This document shows positions 1-10,300 of a DNA stretch of 64,000 nucleotides, piece after piece. The position numbers and the translations under genes are program-made. The stretch covers positions 288,001-352,000 of the forward strand of contig CAWHEP010000002.1 in NCBI GenBank assembly GCA_963828525.1. Reading direction: 5' to 3'. A model generated the notes under the pieces. It was not told where the DNA came from and made no database searches. It saw only the letters and a program-made list of their open reading frames with translations. Source of the DNA: an uncultured Verrucomicrobiae bacterium (GTDB lineage: Bacteria; Verrucomicrobiota; Verrucomicrobiia; Chthoniobacterales; Chthoniobacteraceae). Positions within the stretch are counted from its first letter, which is position 1, and the number at the start of each line of letters is the position of its first letter.

Positions 1-257
1 CGGGATTACACATGCAACCTGCCCACGTTTTGATTTTTGGGGCAGCCAAGGCAGGCACTCCACTTATGATCGCAAGTCCCCTTCTCGCGCTGGACCTTCC
101 GCTAAAGGCACTGATCTGGGAAGACGAAGAAAAGAAAGTATGGGTCAGTTACAACACTCCCGAATACCTTATTCAGCGCCACGGCCTGCCTGTCGATTTG
201 TCCAAAAACATCGCCGGCGTCGAGGCGCTGATTAGGTCGGCGCTACTCCCCAGGTAA
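1..257 (+). CDS. DUF302 domain protein (C-terminal part, truncated by window edge)
   Basis: Motif LIFG..KAGTPLM..SPLLALDLPLKALIWED...VWVSYN.P is typical of DUF302. Confidence 0.8.
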   Translation, partial: GLHMQPAHVLIFGAAKAGTPLMIASPLLALDLPLKALIWEDEEKKVWVSYNTPEYLIQRHGLPVDLSKNIAGVEALIRSALLPR

Positions 258-571
258 AAAGCCTCGCCGAGGCGTCCGCAACACTGCGCGCGTCACCACA
301 TAAGCCGCCTTCTCACTCATTCCCCTATCCCCCGCGTTCCAACCATGTCCACCGAATCGCGACAGGCTCATGCAACTTGGTAACGCAATTATTTCCGAAG
401 CCAAGCTTCGCTCCCTTCCGCCCCCCCTCGGGTAGCGAGCCAAATGCATTGTGGGCAAAAAACTGTTCCCTCGTGGGCAGACGCGCTATGACGAATTGGG
501 AGGAATCTCATCGCCCGATACCTATAGCAAAGAAGATGAACTCATGCATTTCTTCACGGGTGCGTGAATTT

Positions 572-3500
572 ATGAAAACAATCGCAAAACTTTTGGTGCT
601 GGTCGTGGCCTTTTCGTTCGCGCGCAGCGCGGTCCGAGCAGCTGAAGTCGGTAATCTTCAGTGCGACTACGCGCATAATCCTCTCGGCATCGATGATGCC
701 CGACCGGGCCTGAGCTGGATCATCTCGTCACAGGAACGGGGCGATAAACAGACTGCGTACCATGTATTGGTCTCCTCGTCACCCGAATTACTTTCGGCGA
801 ATAAAGGCGATTTATGGGACAGCGGCAAGGTGATGTCCGAGCAAAGCGCCTACGTCCCCTATGCCGGAGTTCCCCTGGTTTCGCGGATGCGCTGCTTCTG
901 GAAAGTTTGTGCCTGGGACAAGGGCGGTCACGCCTCGCCATGGAGCGCGCCGGGTTCATGGACGATGGGTCTGCTCAAAGCGGAGGACTGGACCGCCCGT
1001 TGGATCACGGCCTCCAAATGGTTCATGCCGCCCGAATACCGTCCCAAGGGACTTGAATTGGGACCCAAAGGCGGATGGGCCGATGTCGATCTGGGCGCAT
1101 CGCTGCGGATTGATTCGATCAAGCTCTATTCACTCAATCCCTCCGATTTTCCCGCCCGTTTTACCGTCGAGGGATCAGATGATCTGCAATTCCAAAATGC
1201 AAAAATTCTGGTCGATCAGTCGGCGCGCGATTATGTGCCGAACGGAAACGGGCCGCGGGAATTTCCAGTCAGCGGCGGGGCGTTCCGCTTCATTCGGCTC
1301 GCCATCCCGGGCTCCCCCGGGAAAAAGGGTTCCGTGGTCCGGCAGATGGAGGTCATGTCGGGAGGCCGGAACGTCGCCCTGATGAAGTTTGCCCGGGAAT
1401 ACGGAACGGAGTGGTCGCGCGGGCACGCGCAATTTCTTTTCGATGGCATGCCCTCGCAAAACGAGGGGGCAAAATGTCCGCCCGATGCCTGCCCCACCAC
1501 CGCCGCGCCTTTACTGCGCAAGTCTTTTTCGATCGAGAGAGGCGTTGCGCGGGCGACCCTTTATTGCGCGGCTCTCGGCATTGCCGAAATCACGCTCAAC
1601 GGGAAAAAGGTTGGGAACGAGGTTTTGGGACCCCCGTTTAGCGATTCGTCCAGGCGGGTGATCTATGTCACTCACGATATCACACCGCTGGTCAATCACG
1701 GCGGAAATATCCTGGGAGTGACGCTGGGCAACGGCTATTTCAGCCCGCCCCGGCAGGGCTTCGGCGAGCACCTGGGAGGCGACGGCCCGCCGCAAGCGCT
1801 CGTTCAAGCTGAGATCGAATTTAGCGACGGCGCGCGGCAAATCATCGGTTCGGATGAAACATGGAAATGGTCGCGCGGTGAAATCACGTTCAACGACATC
1901 TGGCAGGGCTATGGCGAGGATCGCCGCTTGATCCAACCCGGTTGGGACCGGCCCGGATTTGACGATTCCAACTGGCGGGCGGTTGGTCCTGCGACGCCTC
2001 CGGAGGGGAAGCTTGTCGCGCCCATGGCTCCTCCGATTCGTGCCCTGGATGAAATCAAGCCGTCCGGAATTTCCGGTAATCGCGCCCATTTCGAAGTGGA
2101 AAGCGCGGGTTGGCCGCGCGTGACCGTATCGGGCAAGGCGGGGCAAACGATCACTATTTCCGGCAAGGGCTTGGGCTTCGCTTTACCCAAGCTCTCTTTC
2201 ACTCTGGCTCAGGATGGTCCCGCCGTATTGGAGCCCCGCTTCGTGTTCTTCTCCGGTCCCACCGATCTTCAGGTGGATGGACTGAAGCAGCCTCTGGCCC
2301 CGGATTCGGTCAGCATCGTCCACGTCAATGCCGATTTGCCATCCGCCAGCTCCTTCAGTTGTTCCAATCCGTACCTGAACAGGCTGTACGAGGTCACTTT
2401 GCGAACCCACCACAACTATGACTTCGACGTTCCGTTGGATCCCTCGCGGGAAAAGGAAGGCTGGACCCAGGATGCGCAAAACATGTTCGACACGGCCGCC
2501 TATCTCACCGACGCGCGGGGAATTTACCAGCGCTGGTGGTGGGACATGGCCGATAACCAGGATGGCCAGGGCTACCTCGGTTCCGTGGTCCCTCTCGTCA
2601 AGCGGCAGGAGAATGACTGGAATTCGCCTTGGTGGAGCGGGGTGGTCGTCTTTATTCCGTGGGAGCACTACCAGTATTATGGCGATCGGCGTCTCCTGGA
2701 ACAGGCGTACGAACCCATGTGCCGCTACGTCGATCTCCTCGGTAAAATGGCGGACGCCGGATATGACGCGGATACCGGAAATCATTGGGGCGACTATCCG
2801 TACCTGAACAAGAATCTGAACCCCGCCGTCGCCCGGGACAAGATGCTCATCTGGAACGGGGCCGGGGACTGGTATAATCCGTACGCGCCCGGCAACCAGC
2901 ATGTCGTGCCCACGCCGCTAACCACGATGCCAGCGTGGTACTACTACGCGACCATCGTCAGCCGCGCGGCCGCTTTGCTGGGCAAGAGTGCCGATGCGGC
3001 CAAATACGCCGCCGTGGCCAAAGGCGTAAAGGAGCGCTTCAACGCAAAATATTTCCATCCCGATACCGGCCTTTACGGAGATCACGCTGACAGCCAGACC
3101 GCTCAGATTTTGCCGCTGGCGGTGGGGATGGTTCCGGCGCCTCAGCTCACGTACCAGCGGCTGCTCGACGCCATTCACGCCCGCAAGGACCATGTCGGCA
3201 CCGGCTTTGTAGCGCTCCCCTGGCTCCTGCAAACATTGGCTGCCCACCGGGAATCGGCCTTGGCCAATATCATGGTCAACCAAAAAGACTATCCTGGTTG
3301 GAATACGTTGATAAAGGCGGGCGTCCTTATGGAAACGTGGAAAGCCGGTGGAGCGCAAATGCCCTCCTGCGGCGGCGCCATCGGCGCGTGGCTTTTTCAA
3401 TCCGTGCTCGGCATTCAACCCGATTCAAACGGCCCTGGCTTCAGGAAATTCATCCTCGCTCCCCAACCCGATGTGGCCACCGGCTTGACCTCTGCCCAAG

Positions 3501-3757
3501 GGTACTATGATTGCCCGTATGGTCGTATCACCAGTGATTGGAAATGCAGTAACGGCCATTTCACTCTCCACGCCACAATCCCTGTTGGCGCGAAGGCAAC
3601 CGTGTTTATTCCCACCTCGGATCAACACTCCGTCCTGGAATCGAGCCAGGCCGCCTCGCATGCGCCCGGAGTCCAATTCCTGCGCCGCGACGGCGACGCT
3701 GCCGTCTACGAACTCGATTCAGGAACGTACGATTTCACCGCGGTCAAGGCGCCCTGA
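572..3757 (+). CDS. Secreted alpha-L-rhamnosidase (GH78) with inserted discoidin-like segment
   Basis: Signal peptide from ATG 572; NPLGID..P.LSW, DLWDSGKV, PLLRKSF, DP.REK.GW..DA and FILAPQP motifs of GH78. Confidence 0.85.
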   Translation: MKTIAKLLVLVVAFSFARSAVRAAEVGNLQCDYAHNPLGIDDARPGLSWIISSQERGDKQTAYHVLVSSSPELLSANKGDLWDSGKVMSEQSAYVPYAGVPLVSRMRCFWKVCAWDKGGHASPWSAPGSWTMGLLKAEDWTARWITASKWFMPPEYRPKGLELGPKGGWADVDLGASLRIDSIKLYSLNPSDFPARFTVEGSDDLQFQNAKILVDQSARDYVPNGNGPREFPVSGGAFRFIRLAIPGSPGKKGSVVRQMEVMSGGRNVALMKFAREYGTEWSRGHAQFLFDGMPSQNEGAKCPPDACPTTAAPLLRKSFSIERGVARATLYCAALGIAEITLNGKKVGNEVLGPPFSDSSRRVIYVTHDITPLVNHGGNILGVTLGNGYFSPPRQGFGEHLGGDGPPQALVQAEIEFSDGARQIIGSDETWKWSRGEITFNDIWQGYGEDRRLIQPGWDRPGFDDSNWRAVGPATPPEGKLVAPMAPPIRALDEIKPSGISGNRAHFEVESAGWPRVTVSGKAGQTITISGKGLGFALPKLSFTLAQDGPAVLEPRFVFFSGPTDLQVDGLKQPLAPDSVSIVHVNADLPSASSFSCSNPYLNRLYEVTLRTHHNYDFDVPLDPSREKEGWTQDAQNMFDTAAYLTDARGIYQRWWWDMADNQDGQGYLGSVVPLVKRQENDWNSPWWSGVVVFIPWEHYQYYGDRRLLEQAYEPMCRYVDLLGKMADAGYDADTGNHWGDYPYLNKNLNPAVARDKMLIWNGAGDWYNPYAPGNQHVVPTPLTTMPAWYYYATIVSRAAALLGKSADAAKYAAVAKGVKERFNAKYFHPDTGLYGDHADSQTAQILPLAVGMVPAPQLTYQRLLDAIHARKDHVGTGFVALPWLLQTLAAHRESALANIMVNQKDYPGWNTLIKAGVLMETWKAGGAQMPSCGGAIGAWLFQSVLGIQPDSNGPGFRKFILAPQPDVATGLTSAQGYYDCPYGRITSDWKCSNGHFTLHATIPVGAKATVFIPTSDQHSVLESSQAASHAPGVQFLRRDGDAAVYELDSGTYDFTAVKAP

Positions 3758-3976
3758 TCCCGATCAAAGTGCCGAGCGTCCGTTGCGCTTCGCTCTTCGC
3801 CATCCGAGCGAGGCGTCCGTTTATGCGTCTCCAGGGGTTTAGTGGCGCAAATCGCGCCACTATATCGGTGGATCGCGCCACTTAGACCACTTTTAGTGGC
3901 GCAATCTGCGGCTCTGTCGGAATCATTACCCCCTCGTCAAGGACGGGGCCCAATGCGGCAATCTGCTGCCACCCTT

Positions 3977-4174
3977 TTACTTTTCCGCGCTCGGCTGCCC
4001 ACTGGAGGAGAGCGCTTCTTTCTCCATCCTGGCTTTCTGTTCCCGATTGCGCCGAAATTGCTCCACTTTTTCCTCGTACGTGGCTTTCGGCAGCTTCGAG
4101 AAATCCTCCACTGCCCTCTGGGCTGCGGGCCACATTGCGGTAGGTTTCCAATCGGCGTCGGATTTCTGCGGCAT
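3977..4174 (-). CDS. Small hypothetical protein (65 aa) overlapping an out-of-frame truncated ORF (3882-4151)
   Basis: ATG 4174 MPQKSDADW...; charged helical composition; see findings. Confidence 0.4.
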   Translation of the reverse strand: MPQKSDADWKPTAMWPAAQRAVEDFSKLPKATYEEKVEQFRRNREQKARMEKEALSSSGQPSAEK

Positions 4175-4257
4175 ATCGATCCTGATGCTGCTTCCTTGCT
4201 TCGGCGTCGTCAAGAGGCCCAGAGGCGAATAATCCTTCGAACGCATCTTTGCCCCCT

Positions 4258-4308
4258 CGTGACCAAGTTGCACTTGGTCACGCAAGCTATCTTCGAAGTT
4301 GCACTTCG
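4258..4308 (+). repeat. REP-like double hairpin, family A
   Basis: CGTGACCAAG-TTGCA-CTTGGTCACG then CGAAG-TTGCA-CTTCG; homologous copies at 371, 6588, 16622 and 60577. Confidence 0.85.
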
Positions 4309-4459
4309 TCCCCGTCCAATAAGCTAAAACGCCCGCATCACAATCAAACCGTCATAACGCGCCTCAAGCCGCCCTTTCCGAAACGTGCGATGGGCATTTG
4401 GAAGTTACTCCCCGAGCGTTTGGATGCAACTGCCCCATTTGAGCAGATCACACCCGCGT

Positions 4460-4945
4460 TCAATTCAACTCAAACCGCGCCCGGACTTTTTGATCGTCCT
4501 CCTCCTTCAGCATCGCGTCTTCCGGCTTCACACCCAGGTATAGGACCTTCATAATCGCTGGAAAGTATTCGTTCATTGTTTGCAGATTGGTACCCACCAC
4601 TCGCAGGATCGTCTCGTCAGGCAAGGCGTCTCCATACAGGAGCACGCTCGTTTTAAGAAGGATCTCCCCGTCCCTCCAGTCCATCTCGAAGCTTCCGGTG
4701 AAGAGTCCGTAGTTGATGCGCGCGACAAGTTCCGCCACCGCCGGGCGGACTTTCTCCCGCGCCTTCGCGTCGAGGAGCGAGTAGAAGGCGAATTGTGTTT
4801 CCTCCCATTCCACCGCCGCGACGCAGCGCCATGCTCCGTTCTCATCCGAATGGCTCATCCGGAGGATGGGACGATCCGCCTCCTGGGTATAATGCCACTT
4901 GTGCTTCGTGAAATGCGCGAGGATGTCCGGCAACGGGTTGTTCAT
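4460..4945 (-). CDS. YbjN domain protein
   Basis: Pattern VAELVARINYGL..GSFEMD..DGEI..KTS and C-terminal YFPAIMKV; ATG 4945 preceded by AAAGGAAA. Confidence 0.8.
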   Translation of the reverse strand: MNNPLPDILAHFTKHKWHYTQEADRPILRMSHSDENGAWRCVAAVEWEETQFAFYSLLDAKAREKVRPAVAELVARINYGLFTGSFEMDWRDGEILLKTSVLLYGDALPDETILRVVGTNLQTMNEYFPAIMKVLYLGVKPEDAMLKEEDDQKVRARFELN

Positions 4946-5062
4946 GCTTTTCCTTTCGTGATTCCCAAAGACCAATCTCGCCTGCGTCCTTCGCCGCGGC
5001 CCCCCTCATTGGAGTGCAAAAACCGGTCTTTGGTGATGTTCACCATTCAACCAAAACGTGTC

Positions 5063-5080
5063 GGACATTTGCTGTCCTAT
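5063..5080. promoter_or_regulatory. Palindromic operator GGACA-N5-TGTCC, candidate WYL/DriD-type binding site
   Basis: Lies between the divergent ybjN-like and WYL genes; minus strand reads ATAGGAC-N7-GTCC. Confidence 0.55.
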
Positions 5081-5136
5081 ACCCCGGAATTGTATTAATG
5101 ATTGCCCTTTTTTGACCGCTGTTTTAAGCAGGGAGC

Positions 5137-6178
5137 ATGGCTCGCCCTCGACTCAATACGACGACGAAGGTGAAGCTTAAATCCGCCCGCCTCTCCCGCC
5201 CGCCGCTTGCGCGGATGTTGCGCCTTCATCGTGAACTGACCGGGCGTAATTTCCCAAACTGCCGGAAGCTCGCCCACGCGCTGGAAGTCTCACCCAAGAC
5301 CATCCAGCGCGACCTGGACTTTATGCGGGACCAGATGGGACTCCCCATCGAATACGACCAGCTCCACCTCGGCTTCATCTATACGGAGCCGGTCACAAGC
5401 TTCCCGAGTGTCGAAGTTTCCGAAAGCGAGATCGTCGCTCTCCTGGTGGCCCAAAAAGCGCTCGAGCAGTACACCGGCACCCCGTTTGAGAAGCCTCTCA
5501 AAGCGGCGTTCCGGAAGATTACTGACGGACTGCGCGACACGATCACCTTTCCGTTCGACGAAATCAGATCCACGATTTCGTTTAAAGGAATTGGAGCCAC
5601 CGTAGCCGACCTCGACCTGTTCGAGGCGCTCAGCAAAGCGGTGCGCCGTTCCCACGAATCAACCTTCGAGTGACAAGAAGCTCGGAAGCTCGAAATATGA
5701 AGCCCGCACGGTGCAGCCGTATCATTTGGCGTGCATTGAGAACCAATGGTATCTCTTCGCGCACGACCTGGCCCGGGGCCAGCTTCGCACATTCGCCCTG
5801 CCGAGAATGCGAAACGTCCGCGACACTGGCATGCGCTTTAAGCGTCCGGCCGACTTCGCCATTTCCGATCACCTCAGCGGCAGCTTCGCCGTCTTCACTG
5901 GCAGGAAGCGGAGCCGGGTGAAAATTCACTTCGACGCGTTCGCTGCCCGCCTGGTCGCGGAACGGAACTGGCATCCATCGCAAAAGATCAGGACGCTCCG
6001 GAATGGCGAGATCGAACTGAGCCTCACAGTGGAAGGCTTTGAGGAAATAGAGCGGTGGATTCTGAGCTGGGGCACACACGCCAGAGTCCTCGAACCGAAT
6101 GAGCTGGTACAACGCTTTCGCGGCATCGCCCTCGCTCTCGCGCGGACCTACGAGACATCCGTCTCACGCGACGGGTGA
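5137..6178 (+). CDS. wHTH-WYL-WCX transcriptional regulator (YafY/PafB/DriD-like), split by a +1 frameshift at about 5672
   Basis: HTH LAHALEVSPKTIQRDLDFMR; WYL VQPYHL...QWYL.A.D....LRTFAL.RM; WCX WILSWG..ARVLEP. Removing G5672 restores FEYKKLG. Confidence 0.9.
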
Positions 6179-6222
6179 TCCGCCATTTCTGCCGTAGCGG
6201 GCATCGCATCCCCCTGGTTGAA

Positions 6223-6495
6223 TCACTTCTTTTGCGACTCTAGAAAGTCACGGAATTTTCGCTCATCGATCATCTCGCCACTCCCATTCGGGTAACTGAC
6301 GGCCCTTGCTCCGGACAGCGTGGCGTCCAGTTTGACTTGTCCCCGGTGAACTCGATTCGTATGCTCGCTGGGTATCCATATGAAAGAGGACGATGTCGAC
6401 GAATCGCTGCTCCGTTTCTTTTGGCGGCTCACATGGATGTCGGCCACACTGGTGTTGAGCGTGTGGCTGCTAGCGATCGTGGCATTGATCGTCAT
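6223..6495 (-). CDS. Hypothetical protein (90 aa)
   Basis: ORF convergent with the WYL gene; no recognisable motif. Confidence 0.35.
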   Translation of the reverse strand: MTINATIASSHTLNTSVADIHVSRQKKRSSDSSTSSSFIWIPSEHTNRVHRGQVKLDATLSGARAVSYPNGSGEMIDERKFRDFLESQKK

Positions 6496-6587
6496 TTGCG
6501 GGTTGTTCGGCTGAAAGGCCACCAGCGTTCCAGGCGCCTGCAATAGCCGCAAAGCGGTATGTTGTGCCGCATCTGGAAAATCCCCCT

Positions 6588-6685
6588 CGTTACCGAGTTG
6601 AACTTTGTAACGCTATTATCTTTGAAGTTGCAGTTCGCCCCCTCCGTCATCTCCCCGAGGTACGGAAGCCTCGCCTAGGCGTCCG
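6588..6685 (+). repeat. Composite REP-like element: degenerate family A plus family B (CGGAAGCCTCGCCTAGGCGTCCG)
   Basis: CGTTACCGAG-TTGAA-CTTTGTAACG, TGAAGTTGCAGTTCG, then the family B hairpin. Confidence 0.7.
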
Positions 6686-6782
6686 CCCGTCTGCGGGCCT
6701 CATCCAGACAAAACCGCCTCCCCTTCCTAAAATCGCCCCACAACAGCCGAAACGTTCCCTCCAACCGTTTCATTCAAGCAAG

Positions 6783-7325
6783 ATGCCCTCATCTCTCCTC
6801 CGCCTTCTCCCTGTCGTCACAGCCATAGCTCTGGCCGGCTGCGCCACCGCCAGGCCGGTGAGTTCTTTCGAAACCGGACGACCGATCTTCGATCCCATCG
6901 CCTTTTTTACCGGTCATACGCATTCTTGGGGCATCTTCGAGACTCCCTCAGGCAAGCCATCGAAGCTCCTCCGCACTGTCACCACCGGGAGCCTCCGCGC
7001 GGGAACCCTCCACTTCGAACAAGACCTCGTGTTCGAGAAGGGCACGAAACAGCACCGCTCATGGCTCATCACTCGCCAGGACGAACACCACTACTCCGCC
7101 ACGGGCACGGGCATCCTTGGCACAGCGTATGGCGAGGCGCATGGCAACGTCTTCCATCTCCAGTTCGCCCTCGACGCCATTCCCGGAAATCCCCTCGGCC
7201 ACGTCCACATGTCCCAATGGATGTATCTCCAGCCCGATGGCGTTACCATGGTAAACCGCGACACCATCACCAAAGCCGGTGTCATCCTCACGGAAATCAC
7301 CGAGCAGTTCAGAAAAGACCCCTGA
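6783..7325 (+). CDS. DUF3833 family lipoprotein
   Basis: Lipobox LAGC; FDP..FF.G.T.SWG.F; QWMYLQPDG..MVNR..I.K.GV. Confidence 0.8.
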   Translation: MPSSLLRLLPVVTAIALAGCATARPVSSFETGRPIFDPIAFFTGHTHSWGIFETPSGKPSKLLRTVTTGSLRAGTLHFEQDLVFEKGTKQHRSWLITRQDEHHYSATGTGILGTAYGEAHGNVFHLQFALDAIPGNPLGHVHMSQWMYLQPDGVTMVNRDTITKAGVILTEITEQFRKDP

Positions 7326-7386
7326 TGTCTTCGCGCGTCTCGCGGCCGCCGCGCCCTTGGCGGTCGCCGCTTGAACAAAGCCAGCC

Positions 7387-7788
7387 CTAAACCGCTGGCT
7401 GCCCTGAACCAGGAAATCGGCGTCCGAACCTTACGCGCTCTGTGAGATTCGCTTTGCGCAGATTTGGATCCGTCGGCATGAGGAGATGCCGCTTGTCCGT
7501 GCGAGTCCTCGCAACGATCGATCCATCATCCAGAATGTCCACGACCGTCCAGAATTTGTTGACGAGGTAGTAGTAGTAATCCCCTTGTCCCGCCGGGTAG
7601 ATGTCACGCGCGTGCGCTCCGGGCCGCGTTGAGACTTTCTGCTTCCGATATACGATTGGATCACCGATCCCAAATCGCCGACCGGAGAAACTCCGGCTCG
7701 TGAGGAAAACCACCATGTTAACAAGAGCTGGCAGGGCCACCAGGCCAAGCGCTAGCGTCACTGTTAACATACCTGTTAAATAGCTCAT
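7387..7788 (-). CDS. Hypothetical membrane-anchored protein
   Basis: N-terminal hydrophobic helix; GDPIVYRK.K.STRPG, GD.Y.Y.V.KFW.V and DPNLRKA segments look coding. Confidence 0.65.
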   Translation of the reverse strand: MSYLTGMLTVTLALGLVALPALVNMVVFLTSRSFSGRRFGIGDPIVYRKQKVSTRPGAHARDIYPAGQGDYYYYLVNKFWTVVDILDDGSIVARTRTDKRHLLMPTDPNLRKANLTERVRFGRRFPGSGQPAV

Positions 7789-8195
7789 CCCGTGCCCTTT
7801 CACAATACTTTGTTAATAACTTTTAAAATAATTCTGCACCGCCGCCACTCCGGGAGCTCCGCTCCGCAAACACTGTCTCACGAGCCGCCCAAGAGACCAG
7901 GCCCTTCGGAGGACCGCCCGCGGGGTAATGCTGGGTGCCATCGTTTCGGACGTGGGCTGAAGGGCGTTGTATTCAACGCTATGATGCTTGGTCCCCGGCA
8001 CCTTTTTCCTCAAAGCGGTATCTGCGTTTCTTAACGGCGCGGGCTGCGACTGCCCCTTCGGTTCAAGGATGCCATAATCAGCCGAAGGTTTCTCGCTTCG
8101 ATGTTTTCGTGAACCGCCACGATCCTCGGCAGTCAGCGCCCTGAGACCTCTAATGCTATCGACTTCCCCCTTTCGAACGCGTTTGATTCTCGTCG

Positions 8196-9488
8196 ATGTT
8201 CGACCGTTTTCGCCGTTTTCACCCACTCTCACTCTTCGGCGCGGGCGTTGCGGGCGGGACTCTCGCCACCCTCATCGCCCGCAATTTCATATCCGTTGAG
8301 AAAAAGATCAGTCACCAGATCGCGCATGCCTACGGCGTCAGCGATCCCCAGTTCGAGCGCGCCCTTGGGCAATTGCTCGGCCCTGCTATCATCGCGGGAA
8401 ACCGGGTGACCGCTTTCCAGAACGGCGATGAAATCTTTCCCGCCATGCTCCACGCGATCCGGGGAGCAAAACGAAGCGTGACGTTTGAGTCGTTCATCTA
8501 TTGGAAGGGCCACGTCGCCGAACAATTCACCACCGCCCTGGCCGAACGCGCCCGCGCGGGCGTGAAGGTGCATGTCCTCCTCGACGGCCTCGGGTGCAAT
8601 TGCGTGAACGGAGCGCTCATCCGTCAGATGCGGCAGGCGGGCGCGGAGGTTGAAATCTACAACATCGTCCAACTCTACGACATCGACCGCGTCAATAATC
8701 GCACCCATCGCAAGCTCCTCGTCGTCGATGGCAGGATCGGCTTCACCGGCGGCGTCGGCATTGGCGATAACTGGAGCGGGCACGCGCAGTCTCCACGCCA
8801 TTGGCGCGACAGCCACTACCGCGTGGAGGGCCCGGTCACCGCGCAGATGCAGAGCGCCTTCGTGGATAACTGGATGAAGACACGCGCTGCCGTGCTCCAC
8901 GATGACTGCTATTTCCCGGCCCTCGAAGACGCCGGGTCACAACGCTGCCAGGTCTTTAAAAGCGCTCCGCACGAAGGCAGCGATAGCGCCCGCCTCATGT
9001 TCCTTTTCTCCATCGCGTGCGCCAGGGAATCCATCCAGCTCTCTAACGCCTATTTCGTCCCTGACAACCTCACTCTTCAAACCCTTGTCGAAGCCTGCGA
9101 GCGCGGAGTGGCTGTGCAGATTCTTCTGCCGGGGCCCCACGCCGACAAAGCCTTTGTAAGGGATGCCTCCCGCCATCGCTGGGGCAGGTTGCTGCGAGCC
9201 GGAGCCCGCTTTTTCGAATATCAGCCGACCATGCTGCACTGCAAGTTGCTCATCGTGGACAATATATGGACGTCGGTCGGCTCAGCCAATTTCGATAACA
9301 GATCGTTCCGGTTGAACGACGAGGTTAACCTCAACATTCTCGACACCAGCTTCGCCACCGCCCAAGCGGAGACGTTTGAGAATGACAAGCTTAACTCGCG
9401 CGAGGTCACTCTCGCGGACTGGCTCGCCCGGCCGCTAATCCAACAGGTCGCCGACGGCACCGCGAACCTGTTTAGGTCACAACTGTAA
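8196..9488 (+). CDS. cls: Cardiolipin synthase (phospholipase D family)
   Basis: Two HKD motifs (THRKLLVVDG, LHCKLLIVDN), WRDSH and GSANFDNRS. Confidence 0.9.
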   Translation: MFDRFRRFHPLSLFGAGVAGGTLATLIARNFISVEKKISHQIAHAYGVSDPQFERALGQLLGPAIIAGNRVTAFQNGDEIFPAMLHAIRGAKRSVTFESFIYWKGHVAEQFTTALAERARAGVKVHVLLDGLGCNCVNGALIRQMRQAGAEVEIYNIVQLYDIDRVNNRTHRKLLVVDGRIGFTGGVGIGDNWSGHAQSPRHWRDSHYRVEGPVTAQMQSAFVDNWMKTRAAVLHDDCYFPALEDAGSQRCQVFKSAPHEGSDSARLMFLFSIACARESIQLSNAYFVPDNLTLQTLVEACERGVAVQILLPGPHADKAFVRDASRHRWGRLLRAGARFFEYQPTMLHCKLLIVDNIWTSVGSANFDNRSFRLNDEVNLNILDTSFATAQAETFENDKLNSREVTLADWLARPLIQQVADGTANLFRSQL

Positions 9489-9536
9489 GGCCACCGCTTT
9501 CGCAGTTACTTGGGGCCGCGTCCGGAGCGTCCCCCG

Positions 9537-9683
9537 CTAAACCCCTCGATTCCCGCGAAGCAGATGCAACACGAACATCACGAGCGCGATTACCAACAGG
9601 ATGTGGATCAGTCCACCCGCAACATGAAAGGCGAGACCGCCGCCCCAGAAGATCAGAATAAGAATGGCAATTATAAGTAGCAT
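9537..9683 (-). CDS. 48-aa small membrane protein (lmo0937/DUF5670-like), absent from the ORF track
   Basis: Hand translation MLLIIAILILIFWGGGLAFHVAGGLIHILLVIALVMFVLHLLRGNRGV; GGLIHILLVIA motif. Confidence 0.85.
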   Translation of the reverse strand: MLLIIAILILIFWGGGLAFHVAGGLIHILLVIALVMFVLHLLRGNRGV

Positions 9684-9705
9684 GCCCCTAATTCGCATCT
9701 GCCCA

Positions 9706-10300
9706 TCAGTATGGCTGTTCCATCGGGATCGGGATCATGACCTCATTGCGCCTTAAAAACAGCGGCGTCCACGGCGGATCAAAATAAGCGAATAAAGGAT
9801 GTCCACCCGCAGGGATACCCCGCGCCTCCATCCACGATCTCAGCGCCGCCGCTCCCACTGCTTCGTTGGCAACCGTCTGCCTCCCGTCGAAACGCATCAC
9901 CGCAAAGCGCGCCGGTTCCATTCGTTCAAGTGTCACCGTGTCGCTGTCTGGCTTCGGCGCGCCATTCAATCGCTCAGGCAGTATGAAGCTCATGGTCTCC
10001 CTTCCCCCGTCCCTGCTCATGAGAACCGGCGTCGTCATGGCGATCTTTTCCTTCGCCTCATTGCCACCAGAGATAAAGCGGAACAGTTTCATGAAACTGT
10101 CGTCCATCCCAGTTTGCCCCATCGGGGCGCAAGCGAGCGCGAGCGCCGGGTATTCGCGAATCTCGACACCCTGTTCGCGTTCGCAAAACCTTGTAGCGAG
10201 CAGTCTCGCCGACGGCGCGTGAATTCCGGACGAGCCAGAAAATCACAGCGCCCACAGGAACGGCCACCGCTAAGAAAACAAGCCAGCCTCTTCGTTTCAT
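9706..10300 (-). CDS. SOUL family heme-binding protein, frameshifted at about 10175
   Basis: ET.RY.V...VEIREYP, F..LFRFISGGN...EKIAMTTPV, FDPPWTP.FLRRNEV. Confidence 0.85.

Noticed and set aside
5671..5673. TGA readthrough, selenocysteine or a naturally split WYL gene
   Set aside because: The downstream part is in another frame; a single inserted G in TAC explains it, and similar indels occur throughout the window.
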